64,000 nucleotides of DNA from the NCBI RefSeq assembly GCF_009914755.1, contig NC_060928.1; one strand, 5' to 3'. Each line of letters opens with the position of its first letter. The first letter of the stretch is position 1. The translations under genes were made by a program, and so were the position numbers. The notes under the pieces were generated by a model, which did not search any database, was not told where the DNA came from, and saw nothing but the letters and a program-made list of their open reading frames with translations. Below, one piece after another: positions 14,636 to 31,237 of the stretch. Origin of the DNA: the human T2T-CHM13v2.0 reference genome, Homo sapiens.

Positions 14636-14639
14636 TTTT

Positions 14640-15930
14640 TGTGTGTGTTCACCTTCTAATTTGTCTTTTCTCTTTTGCCACTTGTTCCTTTTCTCCCCCT
14701 TCTTGTCCCTATTTGCATTACTTTTTATTATGTTGTTTGAAACCCGCTGCTAGTCTGAAAGTTGTACAGTTTTAAAAGTGATATTGTAGATACTAAAAAA
14801 TGCATACATAAAAATTTTACCCACTTTTTGGATAAACAACTCAACTGCTCTTTAATACCTTAACTTATATGTTAATGCATAGATAATTGATTATATTTAC
14901 TATTTTTGGCTTTTTAAATCTTTAAAGGAAAATTTTATTTTCCCTTATATTTCAGGTCTCCCTTCTAAGAACATTTTTTTTTTATTCTAAAGTACAGTTT
15001 TACTATTTCCTTCATGAAAGTTTGTTGGTCATAAACACATTGTTTTTATTTATCTACTTTGTCTTTATTTATCAAGCATCCTGAAAGATGCTTGCGGAAT
15101 TTTAGATTGGAAGTTGTGTTTCTTAAACATAGTAAGGTTATTATTCCACTATCTTCAGGCTTTCATTATCACTGTTGAGAAATCAGTTATTTTACTGTTC
15201 TTCCTTTGGAAATAATTTTTCTCTATTTTTCTTATCCTTTTTCTTTTACTTCTTTTGCTTTTCTTTTTTTCTTCTCTTTTTGCTGGCTTTTAAAAATTGT
15301 TTCTCTTTTTATTTGGTTTTCTTCATCTTCACTATGATTTCAAAGTGTATATTTCTTTGTATTAATCAAATTTAGGATTAATTGGGTCTCTTGAACCTAA
15401 GAATTAATGTCTCTCATCATTTCTGAAACATTCTGAGCCATTGTCCCTACAGATGTGGCCTTTGCCATATCCACAAGAGAAAATATTCTCTTCTTTTTGG
15501 ACTCTGATTATAGGAATGTAAGATCTTGGCAGTTTTTTATAGTGTCATTCTTACCTACTCTTTTGTATTTCTTTCTCATTGCTCTGTGTTGCATTCTGGA
15601 TAATTCATTCCACTAGTTACCTCTTCTCTACTGCATCCAATATGCTAACAAATATGTTCATTGACAATATATTTTTTCTAGAATTTCTGCTGTTCTATTT
15701 CAAATTTATGTTCCTTTTTATAATTTCCTATTTTCTGCAGATATTTTCATCTTCTCATTTATTTATTTAAACACATGGAATATAATTGCTTTAGTATCTA
15801 ATCTTATCATTCCAATATCTGAATCTGATTGAAGCTGTTATAATTGTCTATTTTTTCCATTGGTTTTTGTACCTTTTGCATTGTTTCCTTATGTACTTAG
15901 CTATTATTGACTCCTTATTTGTCATTGTCT
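14640..15930 (-). mobile_element. Old L1M ORF1-region fragments
   Basis: 'ctgaaagatgcttgcggaattttagattggaag', 'ggcttttcattatcactgttgagaaatcag'-like reverse L1M ORF1 motifs. Confidence 0.6.
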
Positions 15931-15947
15931 TTAAAAAACAATTTGTG

Positions 15948-16567
15948 GTAGTTTGCTGAGAATGATGGTTTCCAGCTTCATCCATGTCCCTACAAAGGAC
16001 ATGAACTCATCATTTTTTATGGCTGCATAGTATTCCATGGTGTATATGTGCCACATTTTCTTAATCCAGTCTATCGTTGGACATTTGGGTTGGTTCCAAG
16101 TCTTTGTTATTGTGAAAAGTGCCGTAATAAACATATATGTGCATGTGTCTTTATAGCAGCATGATTTATAATCCTTTGGGTGTATACCCAGTAATGGGAT
16201 GGCTGGGTCAAATGGTATTTCTAGTTCTAGATCCCTGAGGAATCGCCACACTGACTTCCACAATGGTTGAACTGCAAGGACAAAAAACCAAACACCGCAT
16301 GTTCTCACTCATAGGTGGGAATTGAACAATGAGAACACATGGACACAGGAAGAGGAACATCACACACTGGGGCCTGTTGTGGGGTGGGGGGAGAAGGGAG
16401 GGATAGCATTAGCAGATATACCTAATGTAAATGACGAGTTAATGGATGCAGCACACCAACATGGCACACATATACATATGTAACAAACCTGCACGTTGTG
16501 CACATGTACCCTAAAACTTAAAGTATAATAAAAAAAAGAAAAAAAAGAATACAAAAATTAAAAAAAG
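15948..16567 (+). mobile_element. Short L1PA4/5-like insertion with 5' inversion
   Basis: 15948-16273 is ORF2 C-terminus on the minus strand; 16274-16567 is the plus-strand ORF2 end, 3'UTR and A-tail; TSD aaaaaa(c/t)aatttg(t/c)g at 15933-15947 and 16568-16582. Confidence 0.93.
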
Positions 16568-17685
16568 AAAAAATAATTTGCGTAAATTACCTTTATTCAA
16601 TATGGTTCACATTTCCTTATGCCAGCATCTCGGGCATTGCCAGTTGGAAATCATCTTAAACTACATTATAACTTGAGATCACCTGACCAAGCTAGGCTAT
16701 GCATACACAAGGTGTAAATTCATGCAAGATTGTATGTGGCCACAACTTCTAAAGGATTTTTGTCATTGTTCTCTTTTTTTCCTCAGCAACAAAGAATCCT
16801 CCCACCCCACCTGTTCAGAAAAGGACCCCTCCTTTTCTTAAGGAGGGGTCCTTTCCTTAACAGTTCCCATCATCTGCTGGGTGATGGAATGGGTTCCATT
16901 CTAGTTTGCTCTCACCCTGGCTTAATGCAGCGAGGGTCTTTTATGAAGATCTCCAACATGGATAGACCCTAGGCCCTGACTGTTTCCCTTACCTGCATGC
17001 TTGATTTTCCTAAGTGTGCAGTGTCAACAATGCCTTCATGGCATAAACAGGTGTGGCACTCCAATATTTCACTTCCTATTCTGGATATAGTTGGTCAAAC
17101 AAAAATTGATCTGTGGGGTTCCCCTACTATTTTTTAAGTTCTATGGTGACTTTTTAAAGATAATTTTAAAAAATAGTTTATTTTTTATTATTTCAAAAAG
17201 GATGATTTATTCAAATAATATTACCACCTACCCATTAACTGAAATAATTACCTCATTCAAATTGTCAAATTACAAAAGCCAGAGCTTAATAGGTTTCATT
17301 TACCCACAAACTAAAACAAAGCACTATTCCAAGGCCTCCATTTCTTTGACTGCATGGTAACAACTTTTAAAGACTTACTAAGTATTCATCTGTCCATAAA
17401 ATAGATAGCTAGGAAATGCTGGATTGTATTTAAATCTCTTGATATAATAATCACTGTCAGGTCTCCAAACATCTTTTACCCAACTTTAAAAATATACAAA
17501 TATAGACACAGTATTAAAACAAGGAAATCCACGTCTCAATGGTTTGATATAGTTATCATAAAGAGAACAATGTTTGTGTTTTTTAAAGATCGTTTCACAA
17601 GCCTTGCTTATCTATTAAAAAATAAACTATGAATGAGTTAAAACAATCAGCTAATCCAGTATCTACCAAAAGATAGTAGGCCCCA

Positions 17686-18390
<705 letters not shown>

Positions 18391-19395
18391 ACCCTAGTTT
18401 TACATCTTTTGCGGAAGTTTTAATACTACCATTTAACATAAAAGTACAGATTGGCAATAAGTTTTGTGTTAAATATTTGTGTATGAACTGTAATTGTTTC
18501 AAGGAAGCTTGCTTCTTGGCATTTGCTTTAGTTCCTCAAAAGGTTGTTACACACCTTCTTATTTGTAAATTGCGGAGGAAAAATACAGTCTTTGCCCCTT
18601 TTTTCTTCTTGGAAATAATCCAAAACCATTAATAAAAGTGAAAAATCAGGAATTCACATTCCTTACATTAAATCAGAAGACATCCATAACCCTAAAGCAT
18701 ATTGCATGAGAACAAACTTCCTAATATAAATGAAAGTTAAATTGGAAGTGAAAGAAGAGGAAGTTAAAGACACCCACAGTTGCAGATCTGAGACAACAGA
18801 AAATTGCTCTCTAAAATAAGTGGTCACATCCTGAGGAGCAAATCCATTTGAGAAAAAGGGAGATAAAGTGCTTATTCTGACAGCAGAAGCACCCTGGACC
18901 ACATTTTCCCAAGGTCTCAAGAAACTGGAAGGTGGAAATAGATGAGGAATCTCACAGATAATTCATATTTTTAGGACTCGACCTCCAGTTGAAGCAGGGG
19001 TAAGAAGAGCTACTCAACAAAGTGAGTTGCCCTTCAGTGTGGAAATAACCTGGCTAGGAGAAATAAAGGCTAAAAGAATTCATGCACATACACAAATTTG
19101 TGTCATTACAAGTGTTTCCCATTCACCTGGAACACTGCTCTGGCTACTGTCACACACAAACTTCCTTACAAATGGCTGGTCTGGGAAGAATTCACCACAT
19201 TAAAAGTGAAAAAAAAATTTTAAATGAACTAACATACAAGGTGTACAAAACTACTGCAGTAACAAAATGGAAAAGGTATAAAAAGATATGACTGATGAAT
19301 GACAAAAGAAAAATGTTGCTGAGGAAAAAAAATGTTGACACTAACACTATTAATATTTTGACTAAACATATGGCCTAAGAAGATTTTGGGGTCAA

Positions 19396-20131
19396 TCACT
19401 TAGAATGGCTGTCCTTAAAAAGTCAGGAAACAACAGATGCTGGTGAGGATGTGAAGAAATAGAAATGCTTTTACACTGTTGGTGGGAGTGTAAATTAGTT
19501 CAACCATTATGGAAGACAGTGTGGCGATTTCTCGAGGATTTAGAAAAAGAAATACCATTTGACCCAGCAATCCCATTATTGGGTATATACCCAAAGGATG
19601 ATAAATCATTCTACTGTAAAGACACATGCACACATATGTTTATTGCAGCACTATTCACAATAGCAAAGACTTGGAACCAACCCAAATGTCCATCAATAAT
19701 AGACTGGATAAAGAAAATGTGGTACATATACACCATGGAATACTACACAGCCAGGAAAAAGAATGAGTTCATGTCCTCTGTAGGGACATGGATGAAGCTC
19801 AAAACCATCAACTGCAGCAAATTAACACAGGAACAGCAAACACTTCATGTTCTCACTCATAAGTAGGAGCTGAACAATGAGAACACATGGACACACGGAG
19901 GGAAACTTCACATGCCAGGGCCTGTTGAGGGGTGGAGGGAAGGGGAGGGAGAGCATTAGGACAAATACCTAATGCATGCGGGGCTTAAAACCCAGATGAC
20001 GGGATGATAGGTGCAGCAAACCACCATAGCACATGTATACCTATGTAACAAACCTGCACATTCAGCACATGTATCCCAGAACTTAAAGTAAAATTAAAAG
20101 AAAAAAAACAAACCATAGCATAAAAACCAAA
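19396..20131 (+). mobile_element. 5'-truncated L1PA7/8-like element
   Basis: ORF2 C-terminus (LLHCWWEC...), 3'UTR 'gcatgcggggcttaaaac', A-tail; TSD aagattttgggg(t/g)caa at 19380-19395 and 20132-20147. Confidence 0.92.
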
Positions 20132-20149
20132 AAGATTTTGGGGGCAAAA

Positions 20150-20790
20150 AGGTATCTCCTCTATTAAAAGAACAAACCAACAAAAAGGATATAAAAGCTG
20201 AGGAGAGATAATGGTGAGACAATAGAAAGTACGACTTGAGCCAACAGTTCAATAAAGTAGCAAAGAAAAAAAAACATCATTTCCAGAAATGAAGAGAGAA
20301 GATGGAACATTGAAAATAGGATTGATAGATGTGAACAACATGAAACAAAATAAAGGAAGAGCTTAAAAGGAGTAAAAGAAAAATGATAGACATGGTAAAC
20401 AGAAAAAGAAGAAAGGAAACAAAATAATAGAAAACATGTTAAAGACATAGTTTAATAAAAAGTTACTGAAGTTAAATGAGATTAAAATCTTGAAACTGAA
20501 GGACATATCTTATCTCAGAGGAAAAGAATTGCCACAGTAGGATGCTCACCAAAACACACCTCATAAATTTTACTAGAATACAGAAATAATCTTTTGAATA
20601 GCTAGGCAAAAAGAACAATCTGCCTATAAAAAGCAAAGCTGCAGACTAGAAGGCAGTGAAAAATGTTGACAAAATATTCAAGGAAAATAAGTGTAACATG
20701 AGATTTTTTTTATCCTAGCCTAAGTTATAAAATCAATAAAGATCTTAACTAACCAAAATTTTGAGAGGGAAAAGAAGTTGGTAAATGGTG
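20150..20790 (+). mobile_element. Very old L1M/HAL1-like ORF1 fragment (probably continues 18680-19380)
   Basis: A-rich coiled-coil-like decay with 'agactagaaggcagtg...gattttttttatcctagcctaagtta', similar to the L1 ORF1 C-terminus. Confidence 0.45.
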
Positions 20791-21069
20791 TATCATTTAA
20801 AATTAATAACATGAACCAGGGAGCAGGTGGTCAAGAGTCTTCCCTGGGAGATGGAGAAGATGGCAGCAGGTGTGGCCAATTGAAAGCCAAGGCTCCAAAC
20901 CTCCATTGCACGTTTCCTTATCCCATCAGACTCTCTTACCAAACACAGATTTAAAGACAAAGCCACTAAGAATTTCAAGACAGCAGCTACACAGCATTAA
21001 ACTCTTCTAAAGGCAAGGTCCTGTGTGATTGCAGGGTCTCATGCCTATGAAGCCAACCTCTCTTTCTTT

Positions 21070-21180
21070 CTATGTATATATCTATATAACATATATGTGT
21101 GTGTGTGCACATTTTATATATATATATATATCCTGCACACTTCTTCAGGCTTTTTATATTGTATGTGTGTATGTATGAGC
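21070..21180. repeat. (TA)n/(TG)n microsatellite region
   Basis: Direct inspection. Confidence 0.85.
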
Positions 21181-21870
21181 ATGAGTGTAGAAAAGAACAG
21201 ATCATGCCCCTATTTTCTTCTGCAATTCCCTGAGCCATGGATCAGGTGAGAGCAGAAGGAAATTGAAAAGATTTGAGGTGACTGTGACATTAAATTTTTA
21301 AATCGGATATCAAGCTGACACATTTACCAAAATGGTCATACATCGAAATGTGGACCTGTACATTTAGAGGCTGTTTTATAAATTATTTATAATTAAGATC
21401 ATGGGCAATTAATTCCACAGCATGCTAAGCAATTTAATATAATTGTCCTTGGTTATAATCTTGATGCCAAGAAACTCCTACTTTCTGATTTTTAGTTTCT
21501 TCCTTTCTACTCAATTGTAACTGGGAAAAAAATGTACTATATTTGGTGGGGCAATTTATAAAATCTAATAAAAGTGGATACACATATATTAAATCATCTA
21601 ATATATAACTTAATTAAGACTACAGAAAGGAAAAGGATGGAAGGAAACAAAGGAGGTGCTTTACATATGTTACATTTATTTGATTCTTACACAATGTTTC
21701 TGAAAAGCGGATACGAATATCCTCATTCCTACAAAGAACACAAGTTAGGGAAGATAATTTAGTAACAAAGGCCATCAGCTAGTAAGTGGATATGTAGCTC
21801 TATCTACTACAAAGTTCTATTACCTTTCTTTTCCTTTCTCACTGTCTTCCTTTCTTAAATATCTACTGTA

Positions 21871-22288
21871 TGATATGGTTTGGATCTGTGTCCCCACCAA
21901 ATCTTATGTTGAAATGTGATCCCCATTGTTGGAGATGGGGTGTGGTAGGAGGTGTTTGGGCCATGGGGGTGGATCCCTCATGACTCAGTGCTCTCCTCAC
22001 CATAGTGAGTGGGTTCTTGGTAGATGTGGTTGTTTAAGTGTGTGGCACCAACTCCCTCATCTCCTCATGCCCCCACCACTCTCTGTTGCCCCTGCTTTTA
22101 CCATGCAACATGCAAGCTCCTGCTTCACCTTCCGCCATGAGTAAAAGCTTCCTGAGGCCTCCCCAGAAGCAGATGTCTGCACTAGGCTTGTACAGCCTGC
22201 AGAACCATAAGCCAATTAAACTATTTTTCCTTATAAATTACCCAGTCTCAGGTACTTCTTTATAGCAATGCAAGAACAGCATAATACA
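21871..22288 (+). mobile_element. MSTA/MSTB (MaLR) solo LTR
   Basis: Starts 'tgatatggtttggatctgtgtccccacc', ends 'aataca'; perfect 5-bp TSD ctgta on both sides. Confidence 0.95.
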
Positions 22289-22374
22289 CTGTACATTTAC
22301 TAAGTGTCAAGCATTATGAGAGGTAGTACAAATATAGAAATGAGTGACCAAAGTCCTTTGGAGCACAACATCCA

Positions 22375-22690
22375 AGCCTGAACTGTCAATATGGTAACTA
22401 CAAGCTATGTACATCTATGAGCACTTGAAATGTGGCCAGTATGATTTAAGATATGCTGTAAATTAAATAATACATTATATTTAGAAGACTTGGTAAAAAG
22501 TATGCAAAACATATAACATAATTTTTTATATTGATTGCCTATAGAAATAATTAATTTTGGATATGAGGTTAAATAAAACGTATGTTTAAAATTTCTTTTA
22601 ACAATTTCTCCTTACATCTTAAATGTGACTACCAGAAAATTTTAAGTTATAAGTGTGTCTCACATTTCATTTCTATTATACACCACTGGT
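22375..22690. mobile_element. MER33-like hAT-Charlie element
   Basis: 'gagcacttgaaatgtggccagt...aaatgtgactaccagaaaattttaagtta', ~315 bp. Confidence 0.75.
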
Positions 22691-25600
22691 CTAAAGATGC
22701 CATCTCAATCTTGCTTTAGGATATATACATGAATGACCTACCTGTAATTTTTAAATGTTATATTTCAAGATTATTTCAAATAAGAAATACCTGTAATCCA
22801 CTTTCTGCCACCATCAATACTTATTGACTGTATATTCAGTCTCTCTTGAAATTTTAGAAGTCAAATTAAAATTAGCTAAATCCTGTTGGTTTTTATTTTC
22901 CTGACAGAGTACACAATGAGCAGGAGATACCTCAATTTCAGACATAAAAATTCTTGTAATGGATTTAAAACTCTTTTCTTACATCCCACAAGTCTCTCTT
23001 AGAGATTTGCTGAACACTTTTAATAACATAGCATGCATTTCTGCCAGCATGAAAAATTTTGTTTAGAATTTGATACATTAAAAGTATTTTTCATGTTTTC
23101 CTAAAGAAGATCAGGCAAGATGTGTTTTCAGATAATAAAACATTTGTCTTTATGAAATATCTATTAATGTGAACAGTGGGGAATCATACAAAATGGTATA
23201 TTTTCTATAATATTGTTACGTACCGATAGAGCAATATAAATTTATAATTCAACATAAAGCCTAACATTCGAAAGTTGTGTAAGAGACAGTAACTATATTG
23301 ATAAACTTGTAAGAATGATTGAAAATGCAATTCCAAAAAATATGTAAAATAGTGAGAAACACCAAATTTTAACTGAGTGCATGGACCAAAACTGTCAAAA
23401 AAAATCACACAACTTTATACTATGCTTTAGTTCATAACTAAACTAAACTGGTATTTTATGTACCACAAAATGCTCACTTTATAAGCCCCTCCTACACTGA
23501 ATCACTTTGTTTTGCCTTTTGATAAAACTGAAATGGTTTGATAAAACTGAAATATTCCAATTTTATCATCAAAAACAAAATTGTCATAAATACACATAAG
23601 ACAGTATGAGCATACACAAAGCAACATTATAAAATGGAACATACAAAGGCATGGAATCACAAGCCAGATACTTGTGAGGCTCCAGGTAGTCACAAACTTT
23701 CTGATTTTAATTCCCTCATCTGAAAAACAGGAAAACTAAGGCTGGCCATGCCTGGGGAGCCTGTGAAACTCAAAGGAGAGCATACATAAAAGAAATGTAT
23801 TACCAGTAATGTGTGACACAAATTATGCTATCATTATATTAAAAATGAGTTTATTCTATTATTTTATTATAAACATCTACACTTCAATTAATGTTTTGAA
23901 TAGTTATTGTAACAAAAATAAAAATATTTTAAATATATTAAATTTCAGCATTTTCAAATCATTTTGGAATCATCTTGGTATAAATTACTAAAATCACACC
24001 AATAAATAAAAATATTTATGAAAAGATACTTGATGATGACAATCGAATTTTGGGAGATAGCTGACCATAGAATTAAAAGGGCAAGCAGCAACTGCCTGAA
24101 TGTAAATAGGCAAGCATCATCTACCTCCCACTGTACCTGTTGTGATACAGTGGATTCCTGCATGAAATTGAATCTATATAGAATGTTTAAATTTTATTAT
24201 TTTAAAAAATCTATTTTCCACTTCCAAAATGGATTGAGAATACCTCCTTCCTTTCCTTACTTCCTTCAGCTGCCTTCACAAAGTATCAGAAGACCGGGAA
24301 AAACAACATGGCCTTTGCTCTGATACTGAGCAATCCGTGGTGGGGCAGGCAGGTGGGAAGCCTGGAGAGTTGATGCACTGGTACGTAGGGCGGAATTCTC
24401 TTACAAGCCTTGAGAGAAAATGAACTGGACATTTTTTTTCCAGTTGTGGAAATGAAATAATTATATTAAACTTAACTACAAAAAAGTTCAAATTTGTATA
24501 GCCAGTGTGTTTTAAGGAGAAGCAAAGAGAACAAAATCAGAAGGAAATAAACTAAGTTGTTAATCATGGCTGAGAGACGGTGGTGGCATTAACAAAAGTT
24601 TTTTCCATTTCTCCAAATGCTCTTCAACATTTATGGCATACAAGAACATTCAAAATCCTCTCTTCTAGCTATTTTGTAATATACAATACCTTACTGTTAA
24701 CCATCATCACCCTACTGTGCAACAGAACACCAGAACTTAACTCCTCCTATCTCATTGTAACTTTGTACCAGTTGACTAACTTCTTTCCATCCTCCTCCAC
24801 CTCCCGCCTACCCAATTTCTAGTAACCACTGTTCTACTATCTGCTTCTGTGATATCGATATTTTTTTAAGATACCACATATGACTGAGATCACATGGTAT
24901 TTGTCTTTTTGGGTCTGGCTTGTTTCACTAAATATGATGTCCTTGAGTTTCATTCATATTGTCACAAATGACGGGATTCATTCTTTTTATAGCTGAATAG
25001 TATTTTATTCTGTATATGTACCACATTTTGTCTACCATTCATCCATTGTTAAACACTTAGGTTGATTCTATTTCTTGGATATTGTGAACAGTGCTGCAAA
25101 AACATTGGAGTACAGATATCTCAACAGACAGAATTCATCTCCTGTGGATACAGACCCAGTAGTTTGATTGCTGGATCATGTCAGGTCTATTTTTAACATT
25201 TTGAGAAACCTCCATACTGTTTTCCATGATCGCTTACTAATTTACCATCCTACTAGCAGTATATAAGTGTTTCCTTTTCTCTATATCTTCGTTAATACTT
25301 GTTTTCTTCTGTCTTTTTGATAATTGCCATTCTAACTCAAATGAGATGGTATCTCATTATGGTTTTGATTTATGTTTTCTTGACGATTAGTCACGAGCAT
25401 TTTTTCATGTATGTGTTGCTCATTTGTATGTCTTCTTTTGAGAAATGCCTATTAAGGTCTCTTGCCCATTTGTTACTTGGGCTACTAGATTTTTTTGCTG
25501 TTAAATTTCTTATATATTCTGGATACTAACTCCTTGTCAGATATATAGTTTGCAAATACTTTCTCCCATTCTGTAGGTTGTCTCTTTATGCTATTATTTT

Positions 25601-26677
25601 GTTTGTTTTGGATTTTTTGTTTTGTTTTGCTGTGGAAAAGCTTTTCAATTTGATGTAATCATATTTGGTTTTTTTTTGCTTTTGTTCCCTGTGCATTTGA
25701 GTCTCATCCTTGCCCAGCTCAATGCTGTGAAGCATTTTCCTTATGTTATCTTCTAGTACTTTGATAGTTTTGGATTTAAGTCATTAGTCCATTTTGAGTT
25801 TACTGTTGTACGTTAAGAGGTAGGGGTCTAGTCTCATTCTTTTTCATGTAGATATCCAATTTCCCACCACTGTGTATGGAAGAGACTATCTTTTCCCCAA
25901 TGTGTGTTCTTGGTGGCACTTTTGTTGAAAATCAGTTGGCTGTAGATGTCAGAATTTATTTCTGGGCTCTCTGTTTTGTTCCCTTGGTCTATGTGTTTGG
26001 TTTTTATGCCAGTACAATGCTGTTTTGGTTACTAAAGCTTTGTAATATATTTTTAAGTCATGTTGTGTAATGCCTCAAGCTTTGTACCTTTTACTCAAGA
26101 CTGTCTTGGCTTTTGGGGTCTCTCGTGGTTCCATAAGAATTTTAAGATATTTTTTCTATTTATGTGAAGAATATTGATATTTTCATAGGGTTGCTTCAGG
26201 TAGTATAGCCACTTTAACAATGTTAATTCTTCCAATTCATGAACATGGGATATCTTTCCATTTATTTGTGCCTTCCTCAATTTCTTTAATAAGTGTTTTG
26301 AAGTCTTCAATGAAGACATCTTTCACAACTTTGGTTTAGTTTATTTCTAGGTATCTTAATTTTTTTATAGCTATCATGGAATTGTTTCCTTGAGTTCTTT
26401 TTCAGACAGTTCACTATAATCATATAGAAATGCTACTGATTTTTGTATGTTGATTTTGTATTGTGAAACTTTACTGAATTCATTTATTAGTTCTAATATT
26501 TTTTGGTGGAGTTGTTAGAGTTTTCTATATATAAGATCATGTTGTCTTCAAACAGGAACACTTTGACCTTCTCCTTTCCAATTTGGATGCATCTTGTTTC
26601 TTTCTCTTGCTTAATTGCTTGGATGAAGACTTCTAGTATTATGTTAAAAAGAAGTGGTTAAAAAAAAGGGTATCTTT

Positions 26678-28665
<1,988 letters not shown>

Positions 28666-31153
28666 AATGGGTATCTTTGTCTTGTTTCCAATCTGAGAGG
28701 AACAGTTTGGTGTTAGCGGTGTGTTTGTCATAGATGGCCTTTATTGAGTTGAGGTACATATCTTCTATACTTAATTTGTTGAGAGTTTTTATCAGGAAAT
28801 GATGTTGAATTTTGTCAAATGCTTTTCCTAAAAATTTTGAAATTATCATACAGTTTTTGTTTTCCTTTCTGTTAATGTGGTATATCACATTTATTGATTT
28901 GCATATGTTGAACTATCCTTGCATGCCTGGGATAAATCCCACTTGATCCTACTGAATGATCTTTTTAATGTGCTGTTGGATTTAGTTTGCTAGTATATTG
29001 TTGAGAATGTTTGCATCTATGTTCGTCAAGGATATTGAATTGTAGTTTTGTTGTTGTTGTGTCCTTGTCTGTTTTGGAATCAGTAAATTGCTGGCCTCAC
29101 AAAATGAGCTTGAAAGTATTCTCTCCTCGAGTTTATAGAAGAGTTGAAGGAGCATTGGTTTTAGTTCTTTTTTAAATATTTTGCAGATTTCAGCAGTGAA
29201 GTCATCAGGTCCTGAGCTTTTCTTTGATGGAAGATTTTTTGTTACTGATTCAATTTCCTCACTCACCCTTGGTCTGTTTAGATTTTCTATATCTTCATAA
29301 TTTAAACTTGGTAGGTTGTAAATGTCTAGGAATTTATATGTTTCTTCTATATTATCAAATTTGTTGAGGTATAGTTGTTCACAGTAGTCTCTTTTGAACC
29401 TTTGTATTTCTGTGGTATCAAGTTGTAATGTCTCCTTTTTTATTTCAAATTTTATTTAGTTGAGTCTTCTCTGTCTTAGTCTGGCTAATGATTTGTCAAT
29501 ATTGGTTATGTTTCTTAAAAAAGTTCTTTGTTTCATTGATCTTTTGAATGGTTTTCAGTCTGTATTTTGTTTATTTTTGCTCTGAGATTTATTATTTCCT
29601 CCCTTCTACCAATTTTAGGTTTAGTTTTTCTTGGTGTTTTTAGGTCCTTGCAGTGCATTATCATGTTGTTTATTAAAAATCTTTCTTCCTTTTTGATGTA
29701 GGCATTTATTGCTATAAATAACTCTGATATAACTGCTTTTGCTATGTCCCGTGGGTTTTGGTATGATGTGTTTTCATTCTTGTTTGTCACAAGGTATTTT
29801 TATATTTCCCTTTTAATTTCCTCATTGATCCACTGGTTATTTAGGAGCGTGTTGACTAATGTCCATGTTTTTGTTATGTTTCTGAAGATTTTCTTGTTGA
29901 TTTCTAGCTTTCTACCACTGTGATCAGAAAAGATACTTGATGTAATTCCTATCTTCTTAAATTTGTTGAAACTTGTTTTGTAGCTTAACATATGATCTAT
30001 CCTGAAGAATGTTCCATGTGCAGATGTTGGATGGCATGTTCCATAAATGTCTTTTAGGTCCATTTGGTCTATAGTGCAGTTTAAGTCCAATGTTTCTTTA
30101 TTTTTTTATCTTAATGATCTGTCCATTGTTGAAAGTTGGGTGTTAAAGTGCTCTACTAATTTTATATTGCAGTCTATCTTTCACTTTAGATGTAATAATA
30201 TTTATATATTTAGGAGCTTTGGTGCTGGGTGAATATATATTTACAATTGTTACATCCTCTTGTTGAGTTAATCCCTTTATCATTATATAACCTTCTCTGT
30301 TTCTTTCTATAATTTTTTAATTAAAGCCTATTTTTTTACATAAGCATGGCTACTCCTGCTCAGTTTTGTTTTCCATTTTCAAAGAATATCTTTTTCTATT
30401 CCTTCACTTTCAGTCTATGTTTGTCTTTAAAAGCAAAGTGAGTACCTTATTGGCAGCATACAGTTGGGTCTTGTTTTTATGTCCATTCACTCACTCTGTA
30501 TCTTTTAATTAGGGGATTTAACCCATTTACATTCTACATTATTATTGATAGATAAGAACTTACTCCTGCAACTTTGTTCCTTGTTTTCTGATTGTTTTTT
30601 AGGCCCTCTGTTCCTCTTTTGTTGTTTACCTCTCTAGATTGGTGGTTTTTTTGTGATGCTAGGCTTTGTTTCCTTTCTCTTTCTCTTTTGTGTATTTACT
30701 ATAATTTCTTTCTTTGTGGTTACTATGGAACTAACATAAAGAGTCTTGTAGTTATAATAGCTAATTTTAAGCTGATAACATTCTTAGTTTAGTGAACATA
30801 AAAGTACTCTAGATATTTTCCCTCCATCCTACAATTTATTTTTTTTCCCTAATTTATATCTTTATGTAGTATGTGTTCCTCTGCCACTAATGGTATCTGT
30901 TGCTTTTTTTTTAACCATTTTTACTTTAAACTTTTATACTAGAACAACGAAAGATTTAGATTGCACCATTAGAGCACTGGGGTATTCTGAGCTTGATTAT
31001 GTATTTACCTCTCCTGGAGGTTTTATGCTTTCATGTGTATTCATGATAGTAATTATCATCCTCTTGTTTACAGCTGTAATATTCCCTTAAGCATTTCTTG
31101 TAAGGCTAGGCTAGTGATGAATTCCCTCAGCTTTTGCTTGTCTGGGAAGATCT

Positions 31154-31237
31154 TTATTTCTCCTTTATTTCTGAAGGAAACCTTTGATAGGTATATTATT
31201 TCTCCTTTATTTCTAAAGGAAACCTTTGCTAGGTATA
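31154..31237. repeat. 42-bp tandem duplication within L1MA
   Basis: ttatttctcctttatttct(g/a)aaggaaacctttg(a/c)taggtata x2. Confidence 0.92.
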
